Assembly: GCA_964016885.1 (NCBI GenBank)
Contig: OZ024744.1
Coordinates: forward strand, 66,774,001 to 66,838,000
From: Eledone cirrhosa
Taxonomy: Eukaryota
DNA length: 64,000 nucleotides
Direction: 5' to 3'
The notes beneath the pieces were generated by a model, which worked only from the letters and a program-made list of their open reading frames with translations, was not told the DNA's origin and ran no database searches. Position numbers and translations under genes: made by a program. Within the stretch, counting starts at the first letter, position 1; every line of letters starts with the position of its first letter. Below are positions 41,588 to 55,539 of the stretch, piece after piece.

Positions 41588-41598
41588 TTAATCTGTTA

Positions 41599-41650
<52 letters not shown>

Positions 41651-41761
41651 TGACAGAATACACACATGCTTTTTCTAAAAAAAAAATGTTTTTGTTCTTT
41701 TCTCTTCTATCCTCTATCTTTCTGTTTTGTCTTTTATTTTATCATTCTACCTTCTGAGAGA

Positions 41762-43568
41762 TAGGTAGATATATTTCTTTATTAGCCACAGGGGCACAAA
41801 AGAAGGGGACAAATACAAAGGGGGAAGTTTACATACAATAAAAACGTGTAAAATGTTATCACAGATGGAATTTAAAAGTTAGTCGATTTTCCCCAATAGA
41901 GGGAGACAGTTTATATGGGTAACACATACCCCCGAAAAAAAATGTGCAACCCTCATCCCCAGGAGTACGAAGAGCTTGTACTCCTTTCCTCTCCTCCTCC
42001 TTTTCCTCAACCTACAGGCTGATATAGAGAGGAGGCCCATTCACTCGGGCCATTCTCGCCACTTTCACCCACCTTTCATAAAACTTGCTGGGGTACAGCA
42101 CCTCTCTCTCCATCCTGATTCTTCTTCCAAAGTGGTATTTGAAAAAAAGAATCAGTTGTTGGCCGGAGAGAAAGGTGTCTGACCTCAGCCCTTTCAACCT
42201 TGTCTACCATACAACCTCTTTCGCTATAGCTATCACACAAAGGAAAACCGCCTCTCCTTCGTTTTTGAAGGAGGGTGGCGGTTTGATCATGACAATGGAC
42301 TCGGTGGTCAACTGGATTGGTCCCACCCGCGACAATAGTCGTTCTACATAGCCCCACAGGTCAGTGACGCCCGGGCAGTGTATGAATGCGTGCGCGACGG
42401 TTTCTTCGTCTCGCACGCATCTCGGACAGATCTTTTTTGCAGGGTCCCTGCCCGGGCGCCCATGTCTGTAGAGCTTGTCTCGAACTGGTAGAGCTCCTCG
42501 GTAGCACTGCCAGGCCAGAGACTTTTGGAAGTTGTCCATCGGTCCCGGGCGGAAGGTCCTACCGAACAGACTGGCCAGTTCATCTTCCTCTACGCCTAGA
42601 GTTTCACCGAGCGCGTCGTCGCACTTGCTGCGGACCAACCCTATATAGAATGACGAAGTGGAGTCTCCACTGATCGCCGGGTCCGCCTGCCAGAGGGCTG
42701 TGAGCGCCTGAGCACATTCGATGTGCCAGTCGCCCATTTTCCTCGGTCTCTCCTTGACCCAGGACTGCAGCTCGGTCAGCGAGACGAGTCGTGGGAAGGC
42801 TCGCCTTACGAACGGGGCTCACACCGGTTGTCCGGTGAGGAATACGTAGAGATGCCGCAGCCTGAGCGCGTGTTTGTGCATGGTCAGCCACGGCATCCCC
42901 AGCCCTCCGTTAGAAGGGTGTTGGCAGCAGATGGATCTTCTCACCAAAGGAGCCCGCCTCTTCCAAAGGAATCGGAAGAGCGCGCGCTCCATTTTGGCGA
43001 GCGTTTTAGCTGGACAAGGCACGGCGGTCAAGCGGTAGTAGATGGCGGACGCTATAAAAGTGTTCGCCACCTCCGCTCGACCTTTCAAGGATAGTTTGCA
43101 CTCGGCCCACTTCTGGGTGAGTGCAAACACCTTGGCCGTCACTTCGTTCCAGTTCTTCTCCACCTGGAGGTCCGGACCAAACCAGACCCCGAGCAGCTTT
43201 ACCGGTCCTTCCGTCCAGCGTCCGACGACGCCATCGGAAGGCATCGGTCTGCCTCTCCACGATCCGAGTTGCAAACCGATGGACTTGTCCCGGTTCAGCT
43301 TCGCTCCTGTGAGACTTTCGTATTCCTTTAGTAAGGTGCCGACTTCCTCGATTTGCGAGGCGCTCGACACCATTACTGTCACGTCGTCGGCGAAGGCCGA
43401 CGCCGCTTTCCGCAGTCCCGGTTCCAGAGGGATGCCCTGCAATAGCTCCAGCTTCCGCAGTAGTGGCTCGAGAGTCAGTACGTACAGAAGGGGGGAGAGA
43501 GGGCATCCCTGTCGAATGGATCGCGTAATATGGAACGGCTCCGAGAGGTAACCGTTCACCTTGACCCT
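41762..43568 (-). mobile_element. Tx1/L1-clade LINE, 5'-truncated copy 1
   Basis: RQGCPLSPLLY, AFADDV, GGLG, CPRC...ETVAHAFIHC; two nonsense codons; 3' end GGCTAATAAAGAAA followed by TATC repeats. Confidence 0.9.
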
Positions 43569-46048
43569 TGATAGATAGATTTCTTTATTAGCCACAAGGG
43601 CGCAACAAGAAAGGGGACAATACAAAGACATGCCGGGGATTTTACATACAGTCGTGTAAAAAATATAAAAACAAACAATTTCAACAATCGAAATCCCCAA
43701 TAGGGGGGAGGCGCCACAAATGGGTTGTTTAATACCCCGTCGATAGAACAACCCTCAACTCAAGGAGCGTGTTGTGCAAGTGCTCCTTTCTTCCTTTTGC
43801 TCTCTTCCTCAACCTACAGGCTTATAAACAGAGAAGGCCCAATCACTCGGGCCATTTTCGCTTCATTCACCCACCTTTCAGTAAATTTACTGGGATGCAG
43901 TGCCTCTCTCTCCACCCTGATTCTCCTTCTAAAGTGATACTTAAAGAATGGAATCAATTGTTGTCCGGAGAGAAAGGCATCTGTCCTCAGTCCTCTCAAC
44001 CTCGTCCACCATATAACTTCTTTCACCATAGCCACCGTACAGAGGAAAACCGCCTCTCTTTCGTTTTTGAAAGAGTCTGGCGGTTTGATCCTTACTATGG
44101 ACTCGGCAGTCAACTGTATTTGTCCCATACGCGACAGCAGTTGTTCTGCATAGTTCCACAGGTCGCTTACGCCTGGGCAGTGTACAATTGCGTGCAGAAC
44201 TGTTTCAATGTCCTGCGCACATCTTGGACACGTCCTCTTGGAAGGATCCCTGCCAGGGCGTCCGTGCCTGTAGATCTTGTCACGAACCGGTAGAGCTCCT
44301 CGGTAGCACTGCCAGGCCAGGGACCTCTGGAAGTTGTCCATAGGTCCCGGGCGGAAAGTCCTACCAAACATACTGGTGAGCTCATCGTCTTCGACGCCCA
44401 GAGTCTCTCCGAGCACGTCGTCGCCCTTGTAACGTACAATCCCTCTATAGAATGTCGAAGTGGAGTCTCCACTGATTGCTGCGCCCGCTTGCCAGAGGAC
44501 TGTGAGCGCCTGAGCGCATTCAATGTGCCAGGCGCCCATCGTTTTCGGTCTTTTCTTCACCCAGGACTGCAGCTCCGTTAGCGAGACGAGCTGTGGGAAA
44601 GCCTGTCTCACAAACGGTGCCCACACCGGTTGGGGGTCGGTGAGGAATACCTGGAGATGCCGCAGCCTCAGCGCATGTTTGCGCATCATCAGCCACGGCA
44701 TTCCCAGCCCTCCGTTGGAAGGGTGCTGACAGCAGACGGATCTCCTCACCAGCGGAGCCTGCTTCTTCCACAGAAACTGGAAGAGCATGCGTTCCATCTT
44801 GGCGAGGTGTTCACGGGGACAAGGCACGACAGTCAAGCGGTAGTAGATGACGGACGCTATGAAAGTGTTCGCCACCTCCGCTCGACCTTTCAAGGACAGT
44901 TTGCACTCTGCCCACTTCTGAGTGAGTGCAAACACCTTGGCCGTGACCTCGTTCCAGTTTTTCTCCACCTGGAGGTCTGGACCGAACCAGACCCCGAGCA
45001 ATTTCACCGGTCCGTCCGTCCAGCGTCCAACGACGCTGTCGGATGTCATCGATTTTCCTCTCCACGTACCGAGTTGCAAACCGACAGACTTGTCTGGGTT
45101 TAGTTTTGCTCCCGTCAGCGTTTCGTATTCTTTCAGTATGTTGCCGATCACCCCGATTTCCGAGGTGCTCGACACCATTACTGTCACGTCGTCGGCATAA
45201 GCCGTCGCCGCTTCGAGCAGTCCCGGTTCTACAGGGATGCCCTGCAACAGCTCCAATTTCCGCAGTATTGGCTCTAGAGTCAATACATACAGAATGGAGG
45301 AGAGAGGGCATCCCTGTCGAATGGAACGCGTGATTGCGAACGGCTCCGATAGGTAGCCGTTCACCTTGACCCTCGAGCAGATGCTGGTGTGCATCGCCTC
45401 GATCCATCCTCTGAACACGGGACCGAAACCGGCCGCCTTGAGAACCGCTTCCAAGTATCGATGGTCGACCCTATCGAATGCCTTAGACTGATCCAAGTTG
45501 ATCAGAGCCCCACCGAAAGCGGGTTTACTACCCACCCTCTCTATGATGTATCGCATGAGGTGGAGGTTGTCGTGTATGGACCTGGTCGGTATTGCACACG
45601 TTTGCGCTTTCCCTACCAGGTTCTCGACGACAAGCGCCAACCTCGTCGCTAGCACCTTGGCCAAAATCTTTAACTCTGTGTTGAGCAGAGTTATGGGCCT
45701 GAAGTTGTTAATTTCGTCCCCCTTGTTCTCGTCTTTCCTGATCAGCGTTACTACGCCCTTGCCTGCAGAACTGGGAATTCTCCCGTTCTGCTGCCAATTG
45801 CAGTAGACGGCTTCGAGGACGCCAGAGAACAAGTCCGGCATGCCTATGTAAAATTCGTAGGGTAGACCATCTAGACCGGGTGACTTGCGTTTCCCGCAGC
45901 GGCCCAGAGCGTCCCGTATCTCAGTGTCCGTGATCGGTCTTTCGCAGAACTCGGCGTCCGTGTTCGAGAGACGCGGCAGGCCGTTGAGGTATGAACTAAA
46001 GTCCATTGCCCCGTTCGGCTCACCGTCGTTCCGCTCAAACAGACCCTT

Positions 46049-46049
<1 letters not shown>
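43569..46049 (-). mobile_element. Tx1/L1-clade LINE, 5'-truncated copy 2 (different subfamily)
   Basis: Directly tandem with copy 1; 3' UTR diverged from copy 1; 5' junction lies in (GATA)n. Confidence 0.92.
43814..46049 (-). CDS. LINE ORF2 fragment (RT + C-terminal zinc-binding domain), uninterrupted but 5'-truncated
   Basis: KSPGLDG, FRPITLLN, LDQSKAFDRV, RQGCPLS, YADDV, CPRC..H..C; no stops over ~745 codons. The N-terminal SLSL/IYLS part of the track ORF is microsatellite. Confidence 0.85.
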
Positions 46050-46114
<65 letters not shown>

Positions 46115-46173
46115 CAGAGAGAGAGAGAGAGGGAGAGAGAGAGGGAGAGAGAGGGAGAGAGAGAGAGAGTGAG

Positions 46174-46249
<76 letters not shown>

Positions 46250-46500
46250 CATTTGATAGATAGATGGAGATAAGTTGTTCGGTAGGTATGTAAATTGGAA
46301 GAGATGTAGTTGGATTTATTTGTAGGGTAGATAAATAACTATTGGGTAGATATGTATGTATATATATTTGTATGTTTGTTTGTCTGTATGTATGTTTGTA
46401 TGTATTTATGTATGTTTGTATGTATGTGTGTATGTATGTTTGTATGTATGCCAGCATTTATTTGTGTATATATGTATGTATGTATATATGCATGTATGTA
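46050..46500. repeat. (GATA)n, (GA)n and (TATG)n microsatellites
   Basis: Direct reading. Confidence 0.93.
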
Positions 46501-46529
46501 TCTGAGCAAAACTTTTGTTATATTTTGTT

Positions 46530-48246
46530 GTAATTTGCTTTCTGTTGTAGGAGAAAATTTATGTAGGTTGCTTCTGGACTGTCTGCTGACACACATTGCA
46601 GATTGTGTTCTTCCTGAAAGTCAATCTGGTTTTTGTGCTGGACGCGGCACTACTGATATGATCTTGTCAGCTAGACAGCTCCAGAAGTGCATGGAACAAG
46701 GCTTGGATCTGTATCAGGTTTTTGTCGATCTGACAAAAGCTTTCGATACTGTTAACAGAAATGCATTGTGGAAGGTTCTCCAGAAACTGATAAGTTCCTT
46801 GCTTTAGTTAGGTCTTTCCATTACTACATGAAGGCTTGGGTTAATGTCAGAAGTAACATGTTGGAGCCTATCTCAGTAAAAAATGGAGTGAAACAGGAGG
46901 ATATTCCAGCAACGACCCTGTTTGCCATATACTTTGCAATGGTTTTCTATATTGCATTCAGGAATTGCGAGCATGGTGTTTACATCCAATATTGAACCTC
47001 AGGCAGCATATTTAACATCAGGCACTTTGCTCTTGTATGCAGATGATTGCGATCTTGTAGCGCATACAGAGAGTGATATGCAGCACATTTTGCATGCATT
47101 TTCTGATGCTTGCCCTGCCGTAGGATTGACTGTGAGTCTCAAGAAAACCGTCATCATATACCAACCTGCCCCTGGTAAGAAGTACAGTGAGTCAAATGTC
47201 TATGTATATGGTAAACGACTTGTAGTGGTTGATCAGTTTGTCTACCTGGGAAGCACTGTCAATCGATACAGCAACCTTGATAATGAAATTCCACTCAGGA
47301 TTAGGAAAGCAAGTGATACTTTCGGAAAGGTAGAAAGGCGACTCTGGGGTCGGCGAGACATATGCAAGAAGACAAAGGTAAAGGTGTACAAAGCATGTGT
47401 GCTCTCTTCTCTTCTTTATGCCTGCGAGACCTGGGTCACATATCGACACCACCTTAAATAATTGGAGCGTTTCCATCAGATGTGTCTCAGACGGATCCAT
47501 GGCGTTCGCTGGAGGGACAACATCAGTGATGTCAAGATTTTGGAAAGCTCTGTGTGTGAAACTATAGAAGCTCTTGTGCTTAAGCAACGACTCCGTTGGA
47601 GTGGTCACCTTGCCAGGATGAAGGATTCTAGAATACCAGAACAACTCTTTTATGGTGAGTTAGTTAAAGGAAAACGACCTTCACATAAACCAAAAAAGAG
47701 GTATAAGGTTTCCTTGAAAGCCTCTCTGAAAGACGCTAACATCTCTGCTGATACATGGGAAAATATTGCTGCTGGTCGTAATAAATGGAGAAAGACTGCA
47801 TATGAAGGGAAAGTAGGCTTTGAGGCATCTCGAATCGCATACGAGAAAGTAAAGAGGGATGTAAGGAAGGGCATTGCTGTTGCATTTCCATTGCTGTTGC
47901 ATTTCCATTGCTGTTGCATTTCCAGCGAAAGTCTCCCTATGGCGCTTACATACAGCGTCTGTGCGAGACTCTGTTTCAGCAAAGCTGGACTCGAAGTCAT
48001 CTTCGCAGTCATAAAATAAGACCAGAGGTTGACTACCAGGCTGCTGTTGGAGATGCTACTCATCATGGTTGCCAAGCATGTGGTAGAGAATGTAAATCAG
48101 CAGGCGGGCTCAAACGACATGCAAAAGCACACGAACTCCAACCACAGCCGACTATTCCCAGTGAATGTTTTGGTTGCCGACTCTGTGCAAGACATTTTAG
48201 ATCATTGGCTGGGCTAAAAAGCCACATTCGATCGCAACGCTGTTAA
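46530..48246 (+). mobile_element. RTE/BovB-like LINE, 5'-truncated and decayed, with C-terminal C2H2 zinc fingers
   Basis: LPESQSGF, FVDLTKAFDTV, LLYADD, YLGS, LLYACETW, RLRWSGHLARM; three CxxC...GLxxHxxxH units at 47950-48243. Confidence 0.88.
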
Positions 48247-48419
48247 TTGTTATCGTGTGTGTGTGTGTCTGTGTGTATAGATGTATGTATGTGTGAGTGT
48301 GTGTGTGTATATATATATATTTATTCTTCTTATTGTTGTTAATATTATTGTCGTTATTATTATTATTATTGTTTTTTTTTCATGTAATGCCCATACTCGA
48401 TAACGAGGGGGCAGCCATC

Positions 48420-48751
<332 letters not shown>

Positions 48752-49058
48752 TCGTTGAAAGGAGGAGCGGGGAGAAAAGGAGAGTAGAGTGCATTGATGT
48801 TTAACTAAATATAAGTTTTATATCAGTCACTGTTAAAAAACAACAACCAAAAACAACAAGAAAGTGTAAAGTAAAAAGTAAGAACCAAAACAGAAGAGAG
48901 AAACTTCACTTCCTCATCAATGCTTATAGCTTGGGGGTGTTTTCAGAAAAGAATCTCCAGCTTCTCCAATGTCGCTAATTCGCTGTAACATCTGCTTTCT
49001 CAGCTCAGAATTCCCATGTGACGAAACATTGCTTCACAATTTATTTATACTATTAAGA

Positions 49059-49065
49059 TTATTAT

Positions 49066-49162
<97 letters not shown>

Positions 49163-49182
49163 ACTACTACTACTACTACTAA

Positions 49183-49214
<32 letters not shown>

Positions 49215-49229
49215 TTGCTGATGCTGCTG

Positions 49230-49276
<47 letters not shown>

Positions 49277-49310
49277 GCTGCTGCTTCTGCTGCTGCTGCT
49301 GCTGCTACTG

Positions 49311-49389
<79 letters not shown>

Positions 49390-49390
49390 C
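49059..49390. repeat. Compound trinucleotide microsatellite (CTA)n/(CTG)n/(ATT)n
   Basis: Direct reading; source of the spurious poly-Leu ORF. Confidence 0.95.
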
Positions 49391-49689
49391 GTTATTTTAT
49401 TTTTTATTTTTTTGACAGCATCACTTGCTAAGATGATATAGTAGCATATAAGCCAGCTGAGAGGTTAATTGTTCCTGTCCTGTGTTACTAACCGTCAATT
49501 GTGTTGTGTATGTAAGTGCACGTGTATGTGTGTATATGTAAGTGTGTACATATGTATATGTGAATATGCGTCTACATGTGCGTGTAGGTATGCATGTGTC
49601 TGCGTGCGTGTGTGTGTGTATGGATGTATATATGATTGTGTGTATGTGTCTGTGTTGGTGCTCCCCTCCCCGTTGACAATGACAATGCT

Positions 49690-49728
49690 ATGCTGATGAC
49701 ACATATTAAGGTGGAAACATGTGTCCAT
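49690..49728 (+). ncRNA. Minimal type I hammerhead ribozyme motif
   Basis: ATG-CTGATGA-CAC/atattaag/GTG-GAAA-CATGTG-TC-CAT; intact core, GUC site, short stems. Confidence 0.7.
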
Positions 49729-50129
49729 TGTTGTGTCTTACCTTTTCATATTGGATGCAGCATGGCCATGATCTGATCGAACAGTCCTATGATCAAACAT
49801 ATCCCAGCCATGTGCATCTCATATTTTTTTCTATATGCAGGGAATCGGAGAACACATCATTTAAAGTAACATTTTTTAAAGGCAGTTCTGTATGAGAAAG
49901 ATATGGTCACCTGACCTGGCATTCGTCACAACAGGACAACTCATCTAACCCATGCTGCGTGGAAAAATGGACGTAAAATGGTGATGATGAGGTGTAATTT
50001 TGAGGCAGATTTAATTGCTACTTCTATTATGTTGAGAACTTACCTCATTAGTTTGTTTACAGTGTCCTGGGAGCCACTAGGGATAACAACAGTATTAACA
50101 ACAACAACATCAACAACTTTAATGTAAGA

Positions 50130-50258
50130 TGGTGAGGGAGACGCCCTAGAAGCGCCATTCCAGCTCGTGAGGCTCTCACTTGTGAGTAGCCAACTCTGTG
50201 CCGATGGTGATGAGTAGGGAGGTGGTCTTAGGGACAAGGACACCAGAAGTTTCCACTC
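50130..50258 (-). mobile_element. Short CRE-like endonuclease fragment
   Basis: Aligns by eye to 33375-33497 (shared GGACACCAGAAGTTTCCACT). Confidence 0.65.
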
Positions 50259-51930
50259 TTATCTGAGAGACACGAGTATAAAGATGTATTATTTGGAAAC
50301 TGAAATTGTTTATGTCTTAACCAGAGGAAGGATTGCAGCATCTGTTATCCTTTTCGGGGCCTCGGAGGGTGGAGGTAGGAAGTTATTCCCATATATACCA
50401 GAAATCTGACATGAATACATACAAAAAACTGACTTGCTGGTGTTAAACTAAACGAAAATTGAGTCTGTAGAAAATAAGATTAGATTTCTTTACTAACTAA
50501 GATCTCTTGTTTACTTTTAAATTATTTGATTACAAGATGTAGTAATTCAATCATCTGGTATGTATGTTTATTAATTAATGGGTATTAGAAAAATATTGGT
50601 TTAGTTAAAGTGATGTCACTGCTTTAAATTCCCCTGCATAACATTGAAATGACAACTTTAAGATAACTTTATCAAACGAATCTATAAAAGATGACAACGA
50701 TCAGCCATGCTTCATTATATCACACTAGCAGAAAAACCACTGTCTTATGTAATCAGTAAAGTAATATATGATACATTAAAAAAAGACGATATTATATACA
50801 AACTGCATTTGGAGAAAATTAGCGACGGAAATATATGCGATTGTGTTATAATATAACGGCCTCTAACCGGAAGTGTTGACATTTGACAATTTTAAAGAAG
50901 TGAATCTTTAAATAAGCTATAAAATATATTTAATCAACAGCCACGAAATTTAGTAGATAAATTATGTAATATTCATTCATTATTTATTCAAAGTAATCCA
51001 ACTTATTTTACAAACGGGGTAAACAAATATATTCTGGATGCAGCCCCGCACTCCTTTCTTTATTATAGTTAAGATATTCTACTCAACACTTTAAATCATG
51101 AACAACAGTAGAATTTGGCTTAAAATTTTACCCCTTTTTAAAAGAAAAAAAAACTTTTAATTTCTTTTATTAAAATACCTTGTAACTATGTAGAATCTTT
51201 CTTAAGTAAAATTGAAAAGGTTATTTGAATGTTTTAATGGATTTTCTTGAGTTTACCGATAGCAAGAAAATAGTTGATTAAACAACAAGCTGTGATCCAC
51301 AGATACATCTTCCACTTTACGCCGTGTCTTTGCCTAGCTAAAGACCATACAGTAGATTCCACAATCGGTGCAATATGAGAGTTTAGATACTATTTCACTC
51401 TTTTCCCCACAGCGATGGCAGCAGACTGGCCAACCTCTAAAACCCCCAAAGGGAAGTACCATGAAAAAAGTGCCCCCAAAACGGGGAGAAATGAAGGAAA
51501 ATGGGTAGATTTTACATAATTGTTTGGATTTTCAACTCGTTAGGTGAAACACATGTCTTCGAAGATGGTTTGCTAATATGTTGTGGAACTAACTTTATAC
51601 CGAACTCATCCTATGGATTGAGTGCTCTACTTACTAAGGAAGTAACCTCCCAGTGTTCTACCACTATACATATATATATGTTCAGTAAAAGTTGTTTTGG
51701 TAAAAAACGGGAATTAGCAGGAGAAAGCTCTCTATTGTTTGCCGGGCACACAAGCAGAACATGTTCTTTTGCCTGCAGCATATCACACAAACGGATATGT
51801 CATCTGAAGATATCATTCCCATAACAACAACAAATACATATACTACATCTTGGATTGCATAAGGGAACCGCTGAAATAATTATAATAAATAAGCGATTTA
51901 TGTAATTTCAGCATCTTTCGTAATGTTATG

Positions 51931-51981
<51 letters not shown>

Positions 51982-51983
<2 letters not shown>

Positions 51984-52175
51984 CGAAGGAAATGTGGTAA
52001 GGAACCAGGTGGACCATAACGCACCAAAGTACTCAATACTTAGGGTAGTAGAGTGGGTAATAGGAACGAATAGGACCCCGACGGCTGAGCTCAAGCCGTT
52101 TCGACGGCTAATTCTGGACAGAATTAGCCGTCGAAACGGCTTGAGCTCAGCCGTCGGGGTCCTACGCGTTCCTAT
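51982..52175. mobile_element. Penelope-like terminus forming a ~57-bp-arm hairpin; related copy at 62887-63052
   Basis: 52059-52116 and 52119-52175 are near-perfect inverted repeats; contains GAAAC next to the apical stem; flanked by (TA)n. Confidence 0.6.
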
Positions 52176-52546
52176 ATATATATATATATATACATATATG
52201 CATAATATATATATACATACATATATATATATATTATGTGTGTGTGTGTGTATATATATATATCCAACGGCTTTTTTTTAACTTGACCTATTTTCTCTTC
52301 GGTTACTCACTTACATGTGCCATTGTCCTGTGTTCCCCCTTCTATGGGTATGTTTACTTCATTTTTTCCTTTTTTTCTTCTCCCCCTTCTTTCCCTCGTG
52401 GCTTTTTGATAGATAAAATGCTATGGGCGCGCTATAGATAGATGTTCTGTTTATAATGCGCCGAAACATCCATGACCCTTAGTAAACAGCTGATGAAGGG
52501 AAACTGTCCATCTCTTGTTTGTGTCGCCTTACCTTCTAACACTCGC

Positions 52547-52717
52547 CGGTGAATTGGCAGTATTGGTAGAAAGGTCGGACATGCTTTCCAGCGTAGTTAC
52601 GTCCCTTTACCCGCCGAGGTTAATTTTGCCTTTTATCCTTACGGGGTCGATAAAATAAAGTACGAGTAATGTACTAGGTAATTGCTGGCCTTGTGCCAAA
52701 AGTAGAAACAGTTATTA
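52547..52717 (+). mobile_element. Nin/Deu-domain SINE (internally deleted)
   Basis: Same family as 24065. Confidence 0.8.
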
Positions 52718-52767
52718 GTAACCACACAGCCTCGCCTTCCTCAATCCATTTTTTGTATAAATATAAA

Positions 52768-53715
<948 letters not shown>

Positions 53716-53728
53716 CTTTATTTAGCTA

Positions 53729-55246
53729 CTAGCAGTAAAGCTCGGCGTTGCTCAGGGTCGCTCAGTAGCTGTGTTAAAGTTACAATGTTAAGTTTCTTTT
53801 TTGGCTTAAAGTCCGTCTGCACGACTGTCTGTCTGCACGCCTAACGAAATTTACAGATACATATATTTTAAATAAACTTATATAATTTTTGCTTTTTTTT
53901 ACGAAATATTTGCTTGTTTTACGTAGTCTTTAAATAGACTTGTTTTCAAGTAAAAATATTGTTTTAAAAGGCTTTTAAATGGAAATGAAGCAAAACGGAA
54001 GCTTAGTGTTCGAACTGATGAATTTTGCAGGTCAAAATTTTGCTGGCTCGACAACTGTTCGTGTATTGTGTTAATGTCATTTTAAACGCTGAGAAAGCCA
54101 GCGTAATTTTTTTAATTTTTGCACGCAGAAAATGTAAACAGAACGTAGACGCTCAATGTAAACAGAACAAAGGGAAATAACTCGTCACTTACGCTCAAAA
54201 ATCGATACATTAGATTCGATTTCGTCACATAGGGTGGGTCAATTTGAAATATTTTTTTCCGATGTCTTCGCTAGGGCTCAACGTACAAATATAGCAATGT
54301 CGGTGCAATTCCGTCAGATATTCTAAGAGGAGATGTGTGCCAAAAATCGATAGACAGACAGACAACCACAGCTTTATATATATAGATGACATAATCAAAA
54401 ACAAGAACTTATTTGAAAATTTATTTGACCGATGGTTCCGCCGGACCTTCATCTATAAGTGTAGCAATTTCACCGAAATTTGAACGTACGGTTTAAGAGG
54501 AGATGTGTGCCGAAGGTTTTAGTAGACAGACAGACAACCTCAGTTTTATATATATAGATGACATAATCAAAAACAAGAACTTATTTGAAAATTTATTTGA
54601 CCGATGGTTCCGTCGGACCTTCATCTATAAGTGTAGCAATTTCACCGAAATTTGAACGTACGGTTTAAGAGGAGATGTGTGCCGAAGGTTTTAGTAGACA
54701 GACATACAACCTCCGTTTTATATATATAGATGACATAATCAAAAACAAGAAGTTATTTGAAAATTTATTTGACCGATGGTTCCGCCGGACCTTAATCTAT
54801 AAGTGTAGCAATTTCACCGAAATTTGAACGTACGGTTTAAGAGGAGATGTGTGCCGAAGGTTTTAGTAGACAGACAGACAACCTCAGTTTTATATATATA
54901 GATGACATAATCAAAAACAAGAAGTTATTTGAAAATTTATTTGACCGATGGTTCCGCCGGACCTTCATCTATAAGTGTAGCAATTTCACCGAAATTTGAA
55001 CGTACGGTTTAAGAGGAGATGTGTGCCGAAGGTTTTAGTAGACAGACAGACAACCTCAGTTTTATATATATAGATGACATAATCAAAAACAAGAACTTAT
55101 TTGAAAATTTATTTGACCGATGGTTCCGCCGGACCTTCATCTATAAGTGTAGCAATTTCACCGAAATTTGAACGTACGGTTTAAGAGGAGATGTGTGCCG
55201 AAGGTTTTAGTAGACAGACAGACAACCTCAGTTTTATATATATAGA
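53729..55246 (-). mobile_element. Non-autonomous Helitron-like element with tandemly amplified 5' ends
   Basis: Minus-strand 5' A|TCTATATATATAAA..., (CTGT)n near the 5' end, 3' GC-rich imperfect hairpin and CTAG|T at 53729. Confidence 0.72.
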
Positions 55247-55247
55247 T
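54388..55247. repeat. Minisatellite, 5 x 172 bp, near-identical units
   Basis: GATGACATAATC recurs at 54385, 54557, 54729, 54901, 55073. Confidence 0.97.
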
Positions 55248-55369
55248 TACTCGCACCAACCGGAGGTATATGATTTTTAATGCGATGAAAGGTTGGAAAA
55301 TCACTGACGAAGGACTATTTTTATCATATGTAACCCATGTGCAACCACGCAGTATTCTTTCTTCTCATG

Positions 55370-55430
<61 letters not shown>

Positions 55431-55484
55431 AAGTTAAATAAAGTTAAATAAAAGTCAAATGATTAAAATTTAGCTTCGTTTATT

Positions 55485-55539
55485 ACTGTTATATATATTT
55501 CAGTGACAGCCATCTTTGGCTGTGACCTCTTCAGGCAGT
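55485..55539 (-). ncRNA. Type I hammerhead ribozyme motif
   Basis: Minus strand: ACTGC-CTGAAGA-GGTCACAGCCA/aaga/TGGCTGTCACT-GAAA-TATATA-TA-ACAGT. Confidence 0.75.

Larger units (their letters stand above)
36613..41605 (-). mobile_element. Penelope-like element with direct pLTRs and an inverted 5'-truncated second copy
   Basis: ~220-bp direct repeats at 36613-36833 and 39825-40046; 40047-41605 is a near-identical reverse complement of ~36708-38265; flanked by (TA)n on both sides. Confidence 0.93.

Noticed and set aside
48969-49415. Poly-leucine membrane-like ORF
   Set aside because: Compound trinucleotide microsatellite with no coding context.
52484-52515. CTGATGA-AGG-GAAA-CTG-TC as a hammerhead
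   Set aside because: No stem II and no matching stem I; at best a truncated remnant.
55300-55370. CTGACGA as a hammerhead core
   Set aside because: No downstream GAAA or closing stem before the (TA)n tract.
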